Positions 59,781 to 64,000 of a DNA stretch of 64,000 nucleotides are shown here, piece by piece. Origin of the DNA: Longimicrobiales bacterium (GTDB lineage: Bacteria > Gemmatimonadota > Gemmatimonadetes > Longimicrobiales > Gaopeijiaceae); the NCBI GenBank assembly GCA_965238005.1, contig OZ250165.1:1024001-1088000 (forward strand), given 5' to 3'. The notes beneath the pieces were generated by a model. That model had not been told where the DNA came from. It saw nothing but the letters and a program-made list of their open reading frames with translations, and made no database searches. The position numbers and the translations under genes were made by a program. The stretch's first letter is position 1. Every line of letters starts with the position of its first letter.

Positions 59781-61381
59781 GAGTCTGCGCCGCAGAACCC
59801 TGCGGCGGCTATCTTTGGTGGTAGCGAAGGCATTGGGAAGGCTTGCGGATCACCGAGGGGGGTGAATGGGAACGACATTTCGACCGTACGATCCGGAGCA
59901 GATGTTGTTGCTGCCTCCGGATCTTCGGGAGTGGGTGTCGGAGGGTCATTTGGCGCACCATGTGAGCGACCTGGTGGACGCGGTGGAGCTGAGCGCGTTC
60001 TACGGGCGGTACCGGGGGGACGGGCGGCGCAACTCGCCGTACGACCCTCGGATGATGGTCAAGGTGCTGATCTACGCGTATGCGACGGGCACCTTCTCGT
60101 CGCGGAAGATGGCGAGGAAGCTGGAGGAGGATGTCGCGTTTCGGATGCTGGCGGCGGAGAACTTCCCGAAGCACCGGACGCTGTGCGAGTTCCGCAAGCG
60201 CCATCTCGGGGATTTCCGGGCGGTGTTTGTGGAGGTGGTGATGCTCGCGCGGGCCTTGGGGCTGGCGGGGCTTGGCAGGGTGTCGGTGGACGGGACGAAG
60301 GTTCGGGCGAACGCGAACAAGCGCAAGGCGATGAGCTACGGCCGGATGGTGACCGGGGAGCCTCGGCTGGAGGCGGAGATCCGGGGGCTGTTGGAGAGGG
60401 CCGAGGCGGTGGACGAAGCGGAAGACGAGCGCTACGGCGAGGAAGCATGCGGAGACGAGGTGCCGGAGGAGCTCAAGCGGCGCGAGGACCGGCTGGCGGC
60501 GATCCGGGAGGCGAAGGCGCGCCTGGAAGCCGAGCAGAGAGCGGCGGACGACGCACGGGGCCGCAAGCCGGGGCAGACGCGCAACCCGAAGGGCGGCAGG
60601 CCCTACAAGCGGGAGTACGGAGAGCCGGACGAGGCGGCGCAGAGCAACTTCACGGACCCTGAGAGCCGGATCATGAAGACGAGTTCGGAGGGGTTCCAGC
60701 AGTGCTACAACGCACAGACGGTCGTGGAGGGGGAGAACCAGCTGGTGGTCGGGGCCGAGGTGACGGACAACGCGAGCGACCAGGGCCAGCTGGTGCCCAT
60801 GGTCGACGCGGTGGCGCAAGCGTACGGCGAGACGCCGGCGCAGGTGCTGGCGGACACGGGCTATTGCAACGAGCGGGATCTCGAGGAACTGGAAGAGCGA
60901 GACATCGACGGGTATGTGGCGCTGGCCCGGGAGGGCAAGGCCGCCCCCACGGTTGACAAGGAGGAATATCCGGCGAAAGTCCGCATGGCGGAGAAGCTGG
61001 CGAGCGAAGATGGCCGCAGACGCTACGCACGGCGAAAGTCGCAGGCCGAGGCGCCCATCGGCTGGATCAAGGAAGTGATGGGCTTTCGACGATTCAGCTT
61101 CCGGGGCCTCGAGAAGGTCCGGGCCGAGTGGACCCTCGTGTGCCTGGCACTCAATGTGAAGCGGCTGCACACCCCTCAGGCGGCATGACTGCACGAGGGT
61201 TCACCCGCATCTGCCGGCGCGAGGGCTCTCGTAGCTCTCTTGCCCCCCCAACGCATCCATTCCGCTCTCCCGATCCGTCGCAGACACAAGTCCTCAACCT
61301 CCCAATCACCCGGATCCGCCTCGCCGCGGACGGCTCGATGACCATTCGGCTCAGTCAGCTGTGCTTCTGCGGCGCAGACTC
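59781..61381 (+). mobile_element. IS1182-family element, copy 2
   Basis: Same 17-bp IR and CTAG flanks; nearly identical to copy 1. Confidence 0.92.
59866..61188 (+). CDS. IS1182-family transposase
   Basis: Same as 41739-43061 except L to P near the C-terminus. Confidence 0.93.
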   Translation: MGTTFRPYDPEQMLLLPPDLREWVSEGHLAHHVSDLVDAVELSAFYGRYRGDGRRNSPYDPRMMVKVLIYAYATGTFSSRKMARKLEEDVAFRMLAAENFPKHRTLCEFRKRHLGDFRAVFVEVVMLARALGLAGLGRVSVDGTKVRANANKRKAMSYGRMVTGEPRLEAEIRGLLERAEAVDEAEDERYGEEACGDEVPEELKRREDRLAAIREAKARLEAEQRAADDARGRKPGQTRNPKGGRPYKREYGEPDEAAQSNFTDPESRIMKTSSEGFQQCYNAQTVVEGENQLVVGAEVTDNASDQGQLVPMVDAVAQAYGETPAQVLADTGYCNERDLEELEERDIDGYVALAREGKAAPTVDKEEYPAKVRMAEKLASEDGRRRYARRKSQAEAPIGWIKEVMGFRRFSFRGLEKVRAEWTLVCLALNVKRLHTPQAA

Positions 61382-61709
61382 CTAGCCTCCCATGGCTCCC
61401 ACGATCAAGGTGATACGAAAAGTACCTTAAGCTCACGCGACCCCGACGAGGCACCGTTGTAGAAGCCCTGTACCGGGCGCTTGCGCCTGCCATAAAGCTA
61501 CGGCGCTGCCATCACCGGGGCCACTGCATCGCCTGCGTACCCATGGGATCCCACTCGTGGAGCTGGCCAGCATGACGGGACGTGACCCGAGAAGAGCGTC
61601 GGGAGCACTCAGGCGGTCATTGCGGGCCGCGGCCTGGTCCGATTATTTATCAGTCCAGGTCTGCCGGGCACCACTTGCTGTGGGTAAGCTCGCGTGCGGA
61701 GGTGATCTG

Positions 61710-63161
61710 ATGGGCTCCACCGTCTCGAAGCGGCTCCAAAGGTGCCTCGTAGTTCTGCTCGTCCAGTACGGCTGTTCGGGAGCGGATTGCGTGAGTGGCC
61801 CATTGTGTGGGGACACATCGCCCCCAACTACGTCTGTGACGGGCTCCATCTCCGGCCGAGTCCTGATCGAAGGATCGGGCGCGTCGGGCGTGGGAGTCGC
61901 TCTGTGGAACGGTTCCTCTACCACCACCACCACCGGCGGCTCCTACTCCTTCCTGAGTATCCCGGGTGGATCGTACACGGTAAGCATCAGCAGCATTCCT
62001 TCCGATGCCACGTGCCCGACCACGTCGCAGTCGGCAACGGTATCGGCCACCAACCCGCAGGTAACGGTCGACTTCGACTGCGAGTTCGTCCGTACGGCCT
62101 CGATCCTCGGTGCTGTGATTGTGGGTGACGCGGGTCTCGCCGGCGTCACTGTAGCGCTGGGCGGCACCGCTTCCGCTTCCACGAGCACGGACAGCGACGG
62201 TCAGTTCGCGTTCAGCGATCTGCGCGCTGGTTCATACATTCTGTCGCTGGGCGGAATCGACGTGAGCCGTTACATCTTCTCCACAACAGCCCGCTCGGTC
62301 ACCATCGGTGTGGGCGAGACCGTGTTCATCGACTTTTCCGGGATGTTTCTCAGCCTTAACACGGTGAGCGCGGGCGGGTCTCACAGTTGTGCTCTCATCA
62401 GTGGGTCGGCCTTCTGCTGGGGCCGCGGAGTGGAGGGTCAGCTAGGAGCCGGTGCATTCGGAATCCTTGCCCTGACGCCGGTCGCAAGTGCGTCCGGACT
62501 CGTCTTCGAGGGCCTCGATGCCGGGTCCAATCATACGTGTGGCGTCACCGCCGTCGGGGACGCCTACTGCTGGGGGGACGGCGGCAACGGCCGGCTGGGT
62601 GACGGATCCTCGTCCGACAGCAGCCTTCCGGTGCTCGTCTCCGGCGGCCTCGCCTTCTTCTCCGTGAGCGCAGGCCAGTTCCACACGTGCGGCGTCACCG
62701 ACGGTCTCGGCGCCTACTGCTGGGGGAGCAACAACAACGGCAAGCTGGGCGACGGGTCCGGGTCCCTCAGCAGCGTCCCGGTGCTCGTCTCCGGCGGCCT
62801 CACGTTCGCCTCCGTGAGCGCGGGGTCGCAGCACACCTGTGGCGTCACCACCGATGGGGCCGCCTACTGCTGGGGGAGCAACAGCAACGGCAAGCTGGGC
62901 GACGGGTCCGGGTCCCTCAGCAGCGTCCCGGTGCTCGTCTCCGGCGGCCTCACGTTCGCCTCCGTGAGCGCGGGGTCGCAGCACACCTGTGGCGTCACCA
63001 CCGCCGGGGACGTCTACTGCTGGGGGAATAACGGCAACGGCCAGTTGGGCTCAACCGGGCTAACGCGTGGAAGTGCGGACCCCGCAGATTCCCAATCGGA
63101 AAATCCGGAAAGGGTGGGAGACCCGTCATGGCCTTTCCCAGAGCGGGGTCCCTTCGCTTGA
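61710..63161 (+). CDS. Lipoprotein-like protein with carboxypeptidase-regulatory-like domains and RCC1 repeats; 3' end probably truncated
   Basis: VSAG..HTCGVT..G.AYCWG.N..G.LG repeats at a 150-bp period; tail reads into antisense of another gene. Confidence 0.8.
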   Translation: MGSTVSKRLQRCLVVLLVQYGCSGADCVSGPLCGDTSPPTTSVTGSISGRVLIEGSGASGVGVALWNGSSTTTTTGGSYSFLSIPGGSYTVSISSIPSDATCPTTSQSATVSATNPQVTVDFDCEFVRTASILGAVIVGDAGLAGVTVALGGTASASTSTDSDGQFAFSDLRAGSYILSLGGIDVSRYIFSTTARSVTIGVGETVFIDFSGMFLSLNTVSAGGSHSCALISGSAFCWGRGVEGQLGAGAFGILALTPVASASGLVFEGLDAGSNHTCGVTAVGDAYCWGDGGNGRLGDGSSSDSSLPVLVSGGLAFFSVSAGQFHTCGVTDGLGAYCWGSNNNGKLGDGSGSLSSVPVLVSGGLTFASVSAGSQHTCGVTTDGAAYCWGSNSNGKLGDGSGSLSSVPVLVSGGLTFASVSAGSQHTCGVTTAGDVYCWGNNGNGQLGSTGLTRGSADPADSQSENPERVGDPSWPFPERGPFA

Positions 63162-63192
63162 GCTCCCGCATCTGCGCGGTGGTCGGCTTCAT
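63052..63192 (-). pseudogene. DNA-3-methyladenine glycosylase (AlkA-like) N-terminal fragment
   Basis: LKRRDPALGKAM...PHFHALAR, then breaks off. Confidence 0.5.
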
Positions 63193-63267
63193 CGCGGGAA
63201 GATGAGCCCTTTCCTTCTCGTGAGCCAGGCGGTACTCTTACCGAAGAAAACCCGAACATAGTGTGCT

Positions 63268-64000
63268 ATGAGACAACTTCCAACCCTCCGGGGGAGGGGC
63301 GTCACGCCCAACCCGCCCAACCGCTTCGAGCGCCTTTCGGTGGAGCGAGACGAGTGGAGTCTGGCCGAAGATCCCGCTCCCAGCACCGAGTTCCTGGTGG
63401 ATTCGTCTCGAAGCATCGTGTCCAGGAATTCGAGCCCGGACGTGGGATTCGACGTGAGCGTGAATCCTTACCGGGGCTGTGAGCACGGGTGCGTCTACTG
63501 CTACGCCCGGCCCACCCACGAGTACCTCGGCCTATCGGCCGGTCTGGACTTCGAGTCCAAGATCTTCGTCAAGCCAGACGCCGCGAAGCTCCTGCGCAGG
63601 GAGCTTGCCTCGCCCAGGTGGAAGCCGCAACCCCTCGCTCTTTCAGGAGTTACGGATCCCTACCAGCCGGTCGAGCGGCGCTTGGGGACCACTCGGGAAT
63701 GCCTCGAGGTTCTCACCGAATTCAGGAACCCGGTATTGATCGTCACGAAGGGCTTTCTCGTGACGAGGGACATCGACCTGCTCGCCCAACTCGCCCATCA
63801 CGACGCGGTCTGCGTCGCCGTGTCCGTGACGACGCTGGACCCGAGCCTCCATGGGCTGATGGAGCCCCGGGCCTCGACCCCGGCACGGCGCCTGGAGGCC
63901 ATCCAACGCCTGGCGGATGCGGGCATACCGGTGGCGGTCTTCCTAGCCCCCATCATTCCGGGGCTCAACGATCACGAGATTCCGTCCATCCTGGAGGCAG
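63268..64000 (+). CDS. PA0069/Rv2578c family radical SAM protein (runs off window)
   Basis: GRG...NPPNRF, NPYRGCEHGCVYCYARPTH, TDPYQPVE, MEPRAS. Confidence 0.9.
   Translation, partial: MRQLPTLRGRGVTPNPPNRFERLSVERDEWSLAEDPAPSTEFLVDSSRSIVSRNSSPDVGFDVSVNPYRGCEHGCVYCYARPTHEYLGLSAGLDFESKIFVKPDAAKLLRRELASPRWKPQPLALSGVTDPYQPVERRLGTTRECLEVLTEFRNPVLIVTKGFLVTRDIDLLAQLAHHDAVCVAVSVTTLDPSLHGLMEPRASTPARRLEAIQRLADAGIPVAVFLAPIIPGLNDHEIPSILEA

Noticed and set aside
62711..63030. RCC1 150-bp repeats as a possible DGR template/variable pair
   Set aside because: In-frame protein repeats, differences not adenine-specific overall, and no reverse transcriptase in the window.

Overview
GC-rich bacterial DNA. Gene content suggests Gemmatimonadota (inference only). 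The window is a heavily rearranged accessory region of transport, hydrolase and signalling genes, with many truncated or frameshifted ORFs. Mobile DNA includes IS481, two IS1182 copies, IS21, an IS110 remnant and a decayed tRNA-Ile-targeting integrative element. The main feature is a non-coding locus at about 11.2-13.9 kb. It begins with a promoter and a leader ORF with terminator/antiterminator (attenuator-like). Next come a Y RNA (YrlA)-like tRNA mimic and an array of 19 CCA-less tRNA genes. Three of these tRNAs (Asn-GTT and two Pro-CGG) are interrupted at the same T-loop position by related 79-87 nt structured inserts with conserved ends and compensatory base changes. These are candidates for a new type of tRNA T-loop intron or tRNA-targeting mini-element. 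The array also has a rare A34 tRNA-Ile(AAT). All calls were made by eye; no database searches were run.
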